Positions 11,201 through 64,000 of a stretch of 64,000 bases of DNA are shown piece after piece; the first letter of the stretch is position 1; every line of letters begins with the position of its first letter. Location: contig JAQGDQ010000523.1 in assembly GCA_030141605.1 (NCBI GenBank), positions 56,803-120,802 on the forward strand, given 5' to 3'. The position numbers and the translations under genes were made by a program. Source of the stretch: Tubiluchus corallicola (lineage: Eukaryota; Animalia; Priapulida). The notes under the pieces are model-generated. The model was not told the origin of the DNA. It did not search any database and saw nothing but the letters and a program-made list of their open reading frames with translations.

Positions 11201-13790
11201 CATCGAAGGGCTTGAATAAATTCAGTCTCTAACGAAAATTTCACAAATAGCGTACACAAACTACAGATGAAAACTACACACACGCGACAGTCGGATGCTA
11301 ACGTGAAATGGAAGAGCTGAGAGGGTGGTAGCTGCACACAGTGAAAGCAAACAAATTGCACGGTATCTCACGGTCGGCAAGTAGCATCTCAAGCGGGCGC
11401 AAGTACTACATTTCGTTTTTGGTGTGTTTTCATCCGCCGAATAAATACACTATTTACTGTAACTGGTAATTTTTATGATTTATAATATTCTTTTAATGTT
11501 AGAATTAATATTTTTAATATATTTTTATGCATTTTGAGATTTTTTATTCAAAATGCATCAAATCTATACAATTACTGTACAATACGTACTACGCACGTGC
11601 TTGTACTACGCATGTACTACGCAAAATACTTCAGATGGAGTACCGCGAAACAAGTAAAATACTGCGATAAATATTTTGCATTAATATTTTTGAAAACCCG
11701 CGAAACAGCGTGTCCGTGATAAACAAACCACGAAGTAGCGAGGGAACACTGTATATTTAATCTAACAACACTTTTGCGTTGACCATAAGTATCTGCTAAG
11801 GAGCACAATTTTGCACAAGTTATATTTTCCATATTTGATTTTATAAAATTAAGTTATATAAAACATTACATTATTGACTTTTTATTTAGTTTTTTTCTGT
11901 TGTTTCTAGTTGCTTTCAGAATTTATGACATGGACAAAGATGGCTATATATCAAATGGGGAACTCTTCCAGGTAAAAACTTATTTGCGACTTTGGCTTTA
12001 AAAAATTCCGAGCCTAATTTGAGAATCCCACAAGGCTGCTTCTGATAGTTAAAAATAAATTTCTATTTCTCTTTTCTCATTCTTCAATTAACGGCATCTT
12101 AACTTATGATTGCTTTGCATGCAAGGGTTGCAGTCATACTAGCTTTTCAGTTAGCCCGTCATTACTATGCTAACATATTTGTTGCGCTACAACTTACAAG
12201 CTGACTCTGAGTGGTATATCTGACTGCAAACGTGATGTAAAATCTGTACACCATGAAGAGGCTGCCAGTTTGTTTTTTGCACATTATTATATTTACATTT
12301 TGACAATTGAACATTGTGTTGTAAAGACACAAAGAGTAAAAAATGTTTCAACTTGCTACTTAGTTTCTTTGTTTATATTGCAACTTAAAGGAAGACAGGA
12401 TGATTTTTCACGTCCTACCCCATTTTCAAGTCCGATAAAAAATACATTTTAACTCGACTAATATTGCAAAAGCGTTTCTTATAATTAAATAATAGATTAA
12501 AAACTTAATTAAAGGAGAGCGAGCCTAACTATTGATGACATCACAAACTAACATAATTTTCAACAGCAAAAATATTCCATGAGTGTGTTTGCGAAAGTGA
12601 GGACTACTGTAAGATATTCAGTGTGTTGTACTAAAACTAGACAAGTTTTAAGATAAAACTTCAGATTTTAAATTTACCGCTGTGCTTACACGTGAGCTGT
12701 CGAACGTGTGTAGTTCGTCAGAAACTAACACATCTGAACTGAGAGGTTCAGTATCTGTTTTTTGTGCAATGCTATTCCAAAATGCAAGTGCTAGTGCCTA
12801 TCTAACTAGTGAATGGTAAAATACATGTAACAGTGAAGAACTAGAGGCACGAATGTTAATTATGTTTATGTGGTAAATAATTCTTTCACGAAAGTCATTT
12901 TTGAAAAAACAGTATGTTTCCTTTCAATATTTAATGAGTAGATTGTTGTGACCTTCAGTTTTGCTTTAATTAAACTTGTACAGCAACATAGGGGCTTCAG
13001 TACTTCAATACATTAGACGATATTTTGACCAATTGCATGCCTGGGTTAGTGTTATACCTCACTAGCTATGCAGGACACACGCAACTGCATTTTCTTTGCT
13101 ACATTATGAGTTCAGAACTGATTCATTTTAGTGACATTTTTTGGTTTTGCACTAACGATTTCTTCTTACAGGTATTGAAAATGATGGTGGGTTCAAATTT
13201 GAAAGACACCCAGCTCCAGCAAATTGTTGACAAAACCATTATCTATGCTGATAAAGACAACGACGGAAAAATCTCATTCGAGGAATTCTGTACAGTAAGT
13301 TTTCTTGCGCATTAATATTAGAGGTGCATTCAAATTATACACAGTGTCAACAACGACGTTTGTTTACCAATTACTCTATGGATAGTTTTCACATTTATGT
13401 AGAAAAAATTTGCAGACTAGGTGGGCCTAAAAGTGTATGTATTATAAGTCAAATCTATGCTGGTACCCCATTGTTATTGAATGCCAGCATGATTGCGCCA
13501 AAGAATTTTATGTTGAAAAAATGATCATAATTGCTTTTTACCAGTGTGCACTTAATAGCATTACCATTACTCAAGTGTGGTTTTTTGTGCATATGTATCT
13601 TCAGTTTTCAGTGTTATAAATTACTAATTTGTTGCTGGTTTACAGTGCTTTTTCCATTTTTAATGCTTCTAAATTGATTTTATTCATCATTAGTTTGACC
13701 TAATAGTACTTTAAGTGCATTTAAAATGTTTTCTTTATTTAGGTGGTTGGCAATACAGATGTTCATAAAAAGATGGTGGTGGACGTCTAA
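2218..13790 (+). CDS. PPP3R1: Calcineurin subunit B, 170 aa; exons 2218-2220, 7300-7339, 8634-8810, 9751-9810, 11910-11971, 13172-13294, 13743-13790
   Basis: All introns GT-AG and phase-compatible; total 513 nt = 170 aa + stop. M|[14 protein letters not shown]|[28 protein letters not shown]...[15 protein letters not shown]: four EF-hands and a myristoylated Gly2. Exon 1 (ATG|gtaaga) is the least certain exon. Confidence 0.96.
2583..3524. mobile_element. MITE with ~38-bp terminal inverted repeats, containing one end of a Tc1/mariner-pogo-type MITE (to 2954)
   Basis: GGCGCTATTACACTTTTGCACCGCCTAGTTTTTTTCTAG at 2583 is the inverse of CTAGAAAAAACTAGGCGGTGCGAAAGTGTAATAGCGCC ending at 3524. Segment ~2905-2954 is the reverse complement of the start of the 11044 element. 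Confidence 0.7.
3560..4600 (-). mobile_element. Decayed LINE reverse transcriptase fragment (CR1/L2/Jockey group)
   Basis: [36 protein letters not shown] (YADD-like) and KFLG motifs, with frameshifts and stops. Confidence 0.9.
4640..4990 (-). mobile_element. CR1-like LINE 3' fragment
   Basis: [10 protein letters not shown]...RHSMKLF...[14 protein letters not shown] is the typical C-terminus of CR1-clade ORF2. Confidence 0.75.
5050..6100 (+). mobile_element. Decayed CRE-like (restriction-like endonuclease) non-LTR retrotransposon fragment
   Basis: Frameshifted remnants: [44 protein letters not shown]...[14 protein letters not shown]. Confidence 0.75.
7881..8301 (+). CDS. Candidate alternative N-terminal exon of calcineurin B (140 codons + 1 nt)
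   Basis: Stop-free ORF (ATG 7881 to TAA 8324) with coding-like composition in an AT-rich intron. Donor GAAT|gtacgt at 8301/8302 is phase 1, matching exon 3 (T|TT GAC = F-D). Confidence 0.6.
8332..8518. repeat. Tandem duplication, 93-bp unit x2
   Basis: AAACATTTGCTTATGAAGCTACATATTG...GGGTACCAC occurs at 8332 and 8425. Confidence 0.9.
9975..10576. mobile_element. pogo/Tigger-like non-autonomous DNA transposon
   Basis: Imperfect TIRs CAGTAGGTGCCGCTTAATAGA ... TCTAGTAAATGGTGCCTACTG, followed by TA. Confidence 0.55.
11044..11751. mobile_element. Tc1/mariner-pogo-type MITE
   Basis: TA|CAGTGTTCCCTC ... GAGGGAACACTG|TA: TIRs with a TA target duplication. Confidence 0.8.
12385..12969 (+). mobile_element. 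TTAA-flanked non-autonomous DNA transposon (Kolobok-like), copy A
   Basis: TTAA|AGGAAGACAGG...CAGTTTTGCT|TTAA; clearly homologous to four other copies in the window. Confidence 0.8.
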
Positions 13791-14825
13791 AAACTTCTAC
13801 CGTATTGTCTGCTTCATACACCTTCACTTTTAGACAAAAAAGGCTTGTATTAATCAAATGTTATATAATTATTCTATTTTAGTTATTGTTACATGTGCTT
13901 AGCTAGTCAGTAACAGATGTGACTGCAAGTAGATATTTAGCTTTAGCAAAAATAGTTATTATTCATATTGTCACACTCTCTCTAATTTACCTCTTAGCAT
14001 TATATTGTTCTTTCAATTTTTGGATACATTTATAGGTTACACTGATATAATATAACTTGTCAGAGTCTATTCTGCTAGTAGGTCTCTAATAATTTAGTAA
14101 TGTTAGTGTGCCTATAGATTGTGAAGCCATTTTTGAGATAACATAGTCTAGTGAAGTTACAAGTAGCTTTACATCAGTTAAAAAAAATGTAGATTTGTAT
14201 GAATGTAGTTTAAGAACAGTTTCTATATTCTGTCATTATCAATGGAAAATTGGGATTAATCAAAAATAAGATCCAGAAAGCGGATATTTTTTGTGTGCAA
14301 TTATATTGAAATTACAATGAAATTGTTTCTAGTGATCAGTCCAGATGGGAGTGTAAGTTTTATGGATCTTTTCTTTTCTTTTTCATTAATTCATTTCTTT
14401 GATAATGGAATAAATACTTATAAACCCCAACAAGGTCAAGTACTAAAAAATGCAGACATTTTTAGATGGCTAGAAATCTTATAATTCGTGTTTTCTTCTT
14501 GGTGTTATGAAGTCGTCTGAAATTAGAATGTTATTTCTTATTTTCTCATGCTACTTTGTGAAAACTACCAACATTTATTATTAAGGAAGATTGCAAATAG
14601 TTAATGTTAGTCTTTCGCATTTTTTGTAGTTAACTATTACGAAGCAATTTGGGTAAAATAGTACTTTGTATAATACAGTATTACTGTTTTAGTGGCATAG
14701 GCTACTGCATGATTATTAAATAAAGCTTCATTTGTATTTTTATGAAATCAACTTGGCTGACTATGGCACTAATCGAAAACTAAAACTAACTGGCTATAAA
14801 TCCTTGTATTACCTACAAAAGTAGT

Positions 14826-15021
14826 ATACGATCACAGTACATTTATTGGTATTTCTGTATACGATCACAGTACATTTATTGGTATTTCTGTATACGACAA
14901 CAGTACATTTATTGGTATTTCTGTATACGATAACAGTACATTTATTGGTATTTCTGTATACGATAACAGTACATTTATTGGTATTTCTGTATACGATAAC
15001 AGTACATTTATTGGTATTTCT
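14826..15021. repeat. Minisatellite, 33-bp unit x ~6
   Basis: TATACGATAACAGTACATTTATTGGTATTTCTG repeated; explains the repetitive ORFs at 14809-15151. Confidence 0.9.
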
Positions 15022-16987
15022 ACCAAAAAAATATTGGGATTGCCACATCTTGAAATGTGATCTTTTTGTTCCCATGGAACATGTGATTTCATCTTATCTA
15101 GTCAATTTCTTTGAATTAATATCAAATTTTATGAAAGTAAATGTTGTTTAAAGGACAAGATTAGCAAATTTTTAAATTTCTTCTTAAAAGCTCCCTTTAA
15201 AATTTTATATCATCTGCATGTAATTTTATTGTACTCAGTTTTTTATGTTTTGAATAGTGCTTTGCGAAATTGAAAATTCACGCACTCCTGTGTTAACTAC
15301 TAAAAGCGCCTATTTCAACGGCGTTCGTCTGTTAAGCAATAGAAACAAGTTCTGTTAATGCACCTATATTCTGTTAGAACTTAAGCAAAGAAGGGGCAAT
15401 GTGTAAATCTTCGGCTTAGTGAATATAAATTACATTTCCGTGTAACTAAGCCTAACAAAAATTGTTTTTTTGTGTGTTGTAAATGAATAATGGGATTGTA
15501 ATGCTCTCTAATTGGTAACTTTTTGATCATTCATGCAAAGTGTATCAATTACTTAAAAATTCGCTAATCTTTTTCTTTAAAAGCAATGGTTTACTTAGAC
15601 AACGGTCAGTAGATGTCGCTAAAGTGAAGGTGGATGAATTATTATTAGTAGTAGTAGTAGTGGCATATTGATCAGGATCTTTTCCAAGATGAGTCAGTTG
15701 ATGAGTCGGTCCCTTTTTTGTGTGTTGGAGAAAATTGCTATTCAATGCAACAATAATGGCTGCTAAAAGCTTTGGAGAGTTAATAATATCTTTTCATCAG
15801 TTGATTCATCTTGGATGTCAGTTTTTTGTACATAATTGTTTTCCCCTGCATAAGTTTGAATTCTACTATATTATTTACCTATTTGTTATTATTAATTATG
15901 TTTTTCATATATGTTGTAAGTTGTTGTGCAGGAATTTATTGTACAGATTATCATATTTGCTGTTGTAATTTTCTTAAAAGTCATAAAGCGAGGTGCGTAA
16001 CTTTATTTGCATCAGGCAACTATTGTAATCACATTATCGCAATTTTTGCTGAAGACTTTGAAGCCTTTTTCGCTTTCTAAACACATTAAATGCAAAGCAT
16101 TGCCATTTTTGCATGCAAACTAAGTTAGCAAACAGTAAAAATGTGGTCCCAACCGGCTTATGAACTAAGTGTATTTAATGCCAATAAAGTTGCTTGAATG
16201 TTTTGCGTCTCACATAAAAAATGCAAGGAAAATGTTCGCATTCTCTTAAATCTGCTTCATTTTAAGCAAACAAATTTTGTGTGTTTTTCCAAGTCACAGT
16301 TTTTTATTTGTGTGATATTTCAAATTTGCTGTGTGTAAATAACAAAGAACAAAAAAATTGTAAGTGAAAAACTAATTACTCCAACAACAAATTTAGAAAA
16401 TTTATCAGTAATTATTCGGCAGTTATTGCAAAAACTCAAGCTGCAGTATGATGTAGACTTTGTAGTTGAGTAAGGAGTCATGTATTTCTTACCAAGTCAT
16501 CAAGTTCAAATTACATGACATTAGTTCTGTTGATATTAGCAAATTTGTATTAGTGGCTGTAATATACCAATGCTTTGCTTCTGTAAACTTGTACATAAGC
16601 ATGCGAGTCAATCTCTGGTGTTGATTTTTCTTAAAGATCTTTGTATTTAGTTTATTAACTTTGTCACTTCTAAAGTGCAAACACGGTTTCTGGTTATTAT
16701 GGTATTTGACAGAAAGATTTGAACTATTACATGGCTAAATTCACATGCAGTATGTGCTTTTTCCATTTGACAATGGTAAAAATTGTTATTTGAACCTTTT
16801 CCTATTTCCTCTCTTAAATAAATTTTTGACGTGTTTACAGTACAAATGATGAATTTTTTCGTTTATTTTCTCTTTGCCATAATTAGTAAGAAAGGTGAAA
16901 GAGCATTTGTTTATTTCCTTTTTGAATCGTCTACCCTCTACAGAATAGATTGCTGATATTGGGCAGAACTACAAGTTCGGACCACCT

Positions 16988-17257
16988 GCATTAACTTTTG
17001 ACAGGACAGTTCTTATCAGGTTATCAGCTTTTTCAGCTTATCAAAAATATAAAATCATCAGATATCTCAATTCCTGGGCATTAACTTTTGACACGACAGT
17101 TCATGTCAGTTTATCAGCTTTTTCAGCTTATCAAAAATATAAAATCATATCTCATTTCCTGGGCATTAACTTTTGACACGACAGTTCATATCAGGTTGTC
17201 AGATTTTTCAGCCTATCAAAAATATAAAATCATCAGATAATATCTCAGTTCCTGGGC
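16988..17257. repeat. Tandem repeat, ~85-90-bp unit x3
   Basis: GCATTAACTTTTGACACGACAGTTC...CTCARTTCCTGG occurs three times. Confidence 0.85.
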
Positions 17258-17504
17258 AAATACCCTATATGCTGCAGACGTCCTCGACAGTGCCCTTGCA
17301 GCACATGCCTTAACGGTGTTGGTACTTTCTTGCCCACTGTTTAACTTTTGGGCAGGCTTGCCACTATCTTCTTGATACCATACTGACTCCGTCAGTTTTT
17401 GACTTGCATGATTTCGTGCATTATTGTGCTTACGACTGTCATGCTACTTTATAATTGAGATTTTTCCATAGCAAAATTTACTGTTTTTTCGTACAGTTAT
17501 TTAT

Positions 17505-19480
<1,976 letters not shown>

Positions 19481-19529
19481 ACTATTGTTTGGAAAATCTT
19501 CAGTTTCTGACCACATGAGAACTAGCTTA

Positions 19530-20003
19530 ATATTTTGTTTCAAACTTTACAAAGTTCATATAAAACCACAAATTAATGCAGTTTTGCACAAAATACAATA
19601 AATTATGATTCACAATAGTAACACAAGTTACAATTGACGATTTAGCAAACTACGCCTCTGATGTCTAATTTCAGAAGTAAAGTTTACATTACTGTTTAAA
19701 ATGCTCTTGCATATAAAATTTTATTCAGCCTGACATATAAACTGTATGCACATTTTCTGTGAATCACATTAAAATAGGCAAGGTTAAGTCTAGTAGAAAT
19801 ATATGTGGCGCTAGCATCATATGAAAACATTAAAAGCTTCCGTGATGATACGTTATACGTAACCTTGAGTTTTCTAAGATTATAATGATAAAAATGTCTC
19901 CAAGTGGACATAAAATAAAAATAGTGCAGTAAGCATTAAACAATTGTCTCTAGACATTAACGGAGCAGTTACCAAGTTTCATGAGTAATTTATTGGCTCT
20001 GCC
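19530..20003 (-). mobile_element. LINE 3' fragment (RTE-X-like), related to 20887-22530
   Basis: MSTWRHF...LKVTYNVS motif shared with the 20999 ORF; closely similar to 37025-37380. Confidence 0.75.
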
Positions 20004-20788
20004 TTTAGTAATATGTATTCTTACACACTATTGTTATTAGTCACGCATTGTACTGAACGAGCCACACGGAAATATTCGTTTCAAAATTCGTAAAAACCGA
20101 TGAACATTGCCGCTTTTGTGCCTTATTGGTCGGCGGCATTGTATTCAGTCACCTTTCAGTGAAAACACAATCAAAGGAAACGTTTAACAAAGTTTGGCTT
20201 CCATTTACCTGCATCAAACAATCAATCTATTCATCGGCAAAATGACATTTGCTTAGCAATCGGTCTTACGCCTTAAACAGAATAAGGAAAGCTAACGTGT
20301 GAACAGAGGCATTTTAGGTCTCGTGTTGCTGCGCACGCAAAACAGACAGAAGTTTATAAATATTGTAGCTCGCGATTTCCAATTATTCGGAATTCGGGAT
20401 TCTGTCAGTCTCAACAACTGATTTGTTGCAATCATATTTTCCTGAATTCGAAAAAGATTTCTAGCAAAAATGTTAGTAAAAGATAGAGCAACTTTTGCTG
20501 GGCGACACAAACGTAAGTTATAAATATATATATATTACATCAAAATAATTCTATTTCTTTATTATGTTAATTAATTTTACTCTGACTTTTTAAAATATAT
20601 TTTAATTTTTTTATAATTATATTAAATATTTTAAATATTTGCAAGCTATTTTAATGGATTAAATAATTATATTTCTTATTTAGCCTTAGATTACATTGAA
20701 ACCTATTTTCCCATAAAGAATACCTGAAGTTCTTTTTTTATGTAACAGGCGCTGAGTACAGTCATTCGAGAAAAATCACCCTCTCACT

Positions 20789-22531
<1,743 letters not shown>

Positions 22532-22718
22532 ATCTCTCTCTCTCACTCACTCTCTTTCTCTCAAGCAAATGTATACTGATTAAACCAGAAATTAAACCAC
22601 AACTATTAAAAGAACTGCAGCAATAGAACAGCAATAAGCGCCTTGTGCAGTTAGTAAAATCACTTTAAAGCGATCCTTTCACGCTTGAGCGCTCCCGCTA
22701 TGAACGTCCATTCTTCCT

Positions 22719-22730
22719 CCAATGACGTCA
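22719..22730 (+). promoter_or_regulatory. Overlapping CCAAT and full CRE (TGACGTCA) in the putative GPCR promoter
   Basis: CCAATGACGTCA about 90 nt upstream of a strong donor (TAG|gtaagc, ~22820), which could splice to the acceptor ttttcag at 23295 before the GPCR ATG. Confidence 0.4.
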
Positions 22731-23338
22731 GTTGCGCACTGTCAATCTCTGTTACAGTCTAATAAGTTTTTGCGAAATAATAGATAACTAATTTCGTGAT
22801 ATTTTGGTATGAAGACTAGGTAAGCTGCCACAATTTTGAATTAATTTATGCAGTGTGCTTACAGTAATCCATGACACCCTTACAAAAACTAATAAAGTCC
22901 AGCAGTTACGCAATAATTTTCAAATGAATGGCAGGTACCACCGTGCCTGAAAACGACTAGTCAGCGCCAGTATCATTTAACTTTATGTTTTATAGACAGA
23001 CATTTTGCGAATTTCTTTGTTTAAGTGATATTAAGTGATTTCTTGTTTAATTCCTTTGTTATTTCCAGATTACCCTTCAGGTTATGTAAACATATAATAT
23101 AAAATAAAAGGTTTACTTATTTATTTTATTTATTTATACTTCCTCTCCCACTTCTTTTGCTTGTTTATTTACCCCCTTCTCTCTCTCTCCCTCTCTCTGT
23201 CTCTCGTCTCGTCTCTCTCTCTCACTCTCTCCCCTCTCTCTCTTTCTCTCAAGCAACTGTATAATTACTGAAGTTATGAAATGAATTATTTTCAGGTTAA
23301 AATGACAATAAACCAGGACTGACAAGACGTCGTGAAAA

Positions 23339-24379
23339 ATGAATCAACTGGATGACATCTTGGAACTTGCAGAATGGAAGAACTCCTCAGTAAGCCCAGA
23401 GCTGCACAATAAATCAAATTTTTCATATTCTCTTGATGACACTGGGCTCCACACGGGCTGCAAAAGTGTTTTAGAACATGACCTAGCTCATTTGATATCC
23501 AACTCAGTTAATCTATTACTCGGTGCCGGTATTGTAACTGGTAACTTTTTAATACTTATAACAATCATCTGCACGCCTTCACTTCACGAAGTGCCTTTCT
23601 ATTTAATTGCAAATCTGGGTGTCGCAGATTCATCAACCGGCCTAGGATTGGTCGTTCTGTTCGTGGGATTTCTGGCTGGTGTTCGATGCAAAATTATCTT
23701 CTGCACATGCGTCATTGGCCTAATGACGTTTAACATTTATGGTTCCATAACGCTGTACATGGCGGTAACGATCGAAAGATATATAGCCATTGTTTACCCG
23801 CTACACTATCCTAATTGGGTCACACAAAAAACTGGCAAAGTTGCTATTATTTTGACATGGGCTGTTACAATTCTTATGACAGTATCAGGTGCAATAACGT
23901 ATTATATAAGCGACTACACAGGATTATCTTGCATACATTTTTCCAGATATTTTGGCAAGCAAGTTTTTGCCGGAACCACTGGAATGGGGGCAATTCTCAT
24001 TCCATTGTTGGTATTTTGTTACTCTCACATTGGACTTGCCGCAGTGAGGCAGCAAAAATCTATTTCTGCTTTGAATAGCTTAAACCACAGTAGAGCGCCA
24101 CGAGGCGACGATTTCAAACAAAAGTTGAAAATAGCAAAAGTGCTTGGAATGACAGTTATTCTATTCTTAGCATTCTGGTTCCCTTTTTTAGTACTGCTTC
24201 CGTTCCATTATCTTTGCGAGTTTCACAAGTTGTGTTTTATAACAGTAAAAACTCAACTTTTGAATTTTACTTTGCTGCTAGGCATGTGCAACTCTTTCGT
24301 AAATGTGTTTGTATACTCGGGGAAATTAGGAACGTTTCGACGCGCAATGAAAGCCGTTATGTGTCGTAGACAAGGATGA
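23339..24379 (+). CDS. Class A (rhodopsin-like) orphan GPCR, single coding exon, 346 aa
   Basis: Seven hydrophobic segments; GN (TM1), NLGVAD (TM2), ERYIAIVYPLHY (TM3/ICL2), W (TM4), FWFP (TM6), NSFVNVFVY (TM7), FRRA helix 8. Confidence 0.93.
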   Translation: MNQLDDILELAEWKNSSVSPELHNKSNFSYSLDDTGLHTGCKSVLEHDLAHLISNSVNLLLGAGIVTGNFLILITIICTPSLHEVPFYLIANLGVADSSTGLGLVVLFVGFLAGVRCKIIFCTCVIGLMTFNIYGSITLYMAVTIERYIAIVYPLHYPNWVTQKTGKVAIILTWAVTILMTVSGAITYYISDYTGLSCIHFSRYFGKQVFAGTTGMGAILIPLLVFCYSHIGLAAVRQQKSISALNSLNHSRAPRGDDFKQKLKIAKVLGMTVILFLAFWFPFLVLLPFHYLCEFHKLCFITVKTQLLNFTLLLGMCNSFVNVFVYSGKLGTFRRAMKAVMCRRQG

Positions 24380-25644
24380 ACATATGCGTAAGCGGCGGGG
24401 GAGGTAGTTGCCCACGCAGGGCAAATAAATTCTAAATTTTCAGGCCAAATAAATTCTATTTCAAAAATTTTAATATTCAAAAAATGGTACTACTGGTCCA
24501 ACATTTGTTATCAGAACTACAGTTTGTGATCGGTCTACGTAAGAATATCTAACCAATAAATTTTAAACCACCTTATTTCTTAACATACGACACCGTATGT
24601 AAGAACACTACAGCGTTTTGCAATAACTTGTATGTTATAAGTTTGTAACAGGTGTATTTTAATGTTTTACTAAGCACATTTATATTATTTAGTGTTATAG
24701 GCCCAAGGACGTTCTTTATTAAGAAAAAAGATGAAGAAAAATTAAGAAACCATAATCAAGAATATTATTATTCAAAAATACGTGATCTCAGACTCAATTG
24801 AAACAATATCTGTAACGTAAAGACAAGTTTGCTGGAAAAACATACCACCATATTTATAAAGGTGTTAGTAATTTTTATCTGCCTAATATTAATTCTGCAG
24901 TCATTGATTCGCAAAAGCTGAATGTTGCAATGTTACAATGCTAAATCATGTTAAAATTAAATATTTTGGCTAACATTAAAAATCAGAAATGCCATAGAAA
25001 TGAAAATTTACAAGTTGTAAACAGTAACAACAAACGGAACAATTTTCCTGCACAGAATAAATCTCGCAAAAAAGATGAGTAACTTAATAATTTATCACCG
25101 GTAGAAACAGAAAAAAATGAAAGTAACACTGCAATAAAATTACTGATCAGCATAATAAACCTAAACGACAAAACTGATAGATACTATTCAATGAAAGATA
25201 TCACTTCTTTGTCTACCCATAATCTTTTATAATAATAATAATTAAGAAGTTCTACATAAATTACGTGTGCAACTGGTTTTTTGTACAAAAATCTATCAAA
25301 AATCAAATATTATATTAACTAAGAACACTATTATATAGCAACTATACATAGTAACATCAACAGAAACAAGGCCATTCCAATAAATACTATATACGTGGTA
25401 CAATAAAGACAATTATGTACATTCCGTATGTCACAAGTAACTTACATATAAGTTTTTCACGATGATTAAGTCTATCACCTTGACAACAACAGACAAGAAC
25501 TACTTTGTGAGACCATTTATGTACTAGCAAGGTTGGACAATTCCGAAAAAAATGTCAGTTAAGTGACAACGACTAACATTTGCTCAAGCTGCTGAAAAAG
25601 TTTCACTACACCCAGTACAGTGAAAATATATATCAAACTTTATA

Positions 25645-26085
25645 CAGTCATACCTCCGTTGCCGAATGTCTCCGTTCTCGACCAGAAATTCGGTACTCGA
25701 CCAACTGCCAAACACGATGGCGAGTCTAGTACAGCCGAGCGTAACCGACTGCGCCTGAGAGTAATCACGCGCAAGAATCGCTAAACTGCTTTCTACACTT
25801 ACTTTTTCTGATTTTTTCATGCAGGAACAATTATGTTTTTCTTTCAAAGTAATAAGTAATTCTATTATGCTTTTCTTATCAATTATATCATATCTACTGT
25901 TTGAATAAACATTTTTGCATTATTATATTTCGTTTTAGTAACCCTTTGCAGTTCATTTGGTGCTTGAGAACAGACTATTTGCTTTTACATTATTTCTTAT
26001 GGGAATAAATGATTCGGTTCTCAATCAAATCGGTTTTCAAACACTTTTTAGGAACGAATTATGGTCGAAAACAGAGGTACTACTG
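25645..26085. mobile_element. pogo/Tigger-like MITE
   Basis: TA|CAGTCATACCTCCGTT ... AACAGAGGTACTACTG|TA. Confidence 0.7.
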
Positions 26086-27031
26086 TATCGCAAAACCAAG
26101 CTAATGTTTGTAAAGTTTACCCAACTCTCTCAAGCATGTACAGTAGAATGAAATTTAACCTTGTAAAATGCTCCAGACAAAAACTGTAGACCATTAGCTA
26201 CTAGTATTACCAAAGAGAAGATGCATCAATCACTGGTTTAGTGTGGAGGAAACCAATAAAATTTTAATGAAAACTCGTTCTTCTGTTTCTTACAAAAATG
26301 ATTCACTTTGTTAAAAACTGACACGAACTCCTGCTTTGTCCCTGCTGAATATTGGCTTTAACTATGCTGTAGTTTACTGCGCATGATTATCTGCTTTAAT
26401 AATTATTATATAGATGAAAACAATTATTAATGACAGCTAAGAAACTAAAATAATTATAAATTCAAATTGAGGAAATTCAAATTTAAATTAGCACCCATCT
26501 GATTTTAACTTCATGCTAAAGGTTAATCTGGCATTATACATACTATTTACATAACTGAGTTCAGATTAATGAAATAAATAAAAATGAGAACTTTAAATAT
26601 ATGCAGTATTTGTGAGACAAACGAGGATAATTTAGACGCTTCTTTGGCTTTTAAATAAAAATGTGTAATAATAGTATGGTATGTTGAGTGACAAACAATG
26701 GAAAAACAATATCCAATATAGCCAGTCATCATCTCACTATTACAACGATATGTCGATAACACAAAAACTGGCTTTGTGAAAAACAAGTTGTCATAGTGGA
26801 AAATCTATACAGAAAAAAGCTCACACCTGCACAACTTTTGCCTCAAGGTTCTTAGTATTTGTAACTCACTTTCGTGTTCAATGTAGTGCCCTGGCTTTTG
26901 TCAAAAAGTGCGCACATTGTTTCGTCAAGTCAAGTCAGTAGTCGCACTCTATAACATTACATACGAATGTCTTTATGAAAGTTTTTAAGTGTCTGCAGCT
27001 CTTAACAACGTTCAACACAAGGGACAAGTTA

Positions 27032-63581
<36,550 letters not shown>

Positions 63582-64000
63582 CTGTAACAGAGAAATGAAT
63601 AAGGATTGGAGTTTAATTGAAAATATACGTTTTGCATTACAGAAAATCTGCACTAATTATTTCAATGTGGAAATCATTTTAACTGCATTGTAGCTACTGT
63701 ATCTATTATTCTGTAAATATTGGGCCGTGTACAAGACTTCGAACCAACCTAGCCATATACCAAAAATTGTAGTCCCAGTTCAAAAAACTATAAACAGATA
63801 AACTAACTAAAAGAAAATGAAGGTCCACTCCACGGCGTTCTCAGACCACGTACAAACATAGTTGCCTTTGTTTAGGAAGTCTGCCTGTGAGTTTCGTGTC
63901 CCCAGCGCTGTGTGGTTCAAAAGGTCGCAAAAAGTGGGTATCACTCATTTTGCATTACCGCTCCCCCCCCCCCCCCACACCGAGTAGAAGTTTAAAACTT

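Noticed and set aside
14809-15151. Repetitive ORFs on both strands
   Set aside because: Translation of a 33-bp minisatellite. The units are directly adjacent with no unique spacers, so this is not a CRISPR array.

Overview
AT-rich, intron-rich animal (invertebrate-type) genomic DNA; no prokaryotic features or CRISPR. Four protein genes were reconstructed by hand from splice signals. (1) The 5' end of elongation factor 1-gamma (EEF1G, minus strand, three exons, continues left of the window). (2) Head-to-head with it, a complete 7-exon calcineurin B gene (plus strand, 170 aa). (3) A single-coding-exon class A orphan GPCR (plus strand). (4) Convergent with the GPCR, most of an ALK/LTK receptor tyrosine kinase (minus strand; MAM, glycine-rich, EGF-like, TM, kinase and tail; 5' end lies beyond the window). 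Introns hold decayed LINEs, a truncated hAT/Buster transposase, several MITE families (five copies of a TTAA-flanked Kolobok-like element) and tandem repeats. The top observation is a hidden 140-codon exon in calcineurin B intron 2. It splices in phase to exon 3 and would replace the myristoylated N-terminus with a disordered arm carrying a calcineurin LxVP docking motif, two PxIxIT-like motifs and 14-3-3/Akt sites, suggesting a self-docking, phospho-switchable isoform or a nested inhibitor peptide. Also notable: a candidate neural-type 15-nt microexon and a GC-AG intron in ALK, a near-perfect 95-nt intronic hairpin, and candidate H/ACA snoRNAs in EEF1G introns. All gene models are manual and lack transcript evidence.
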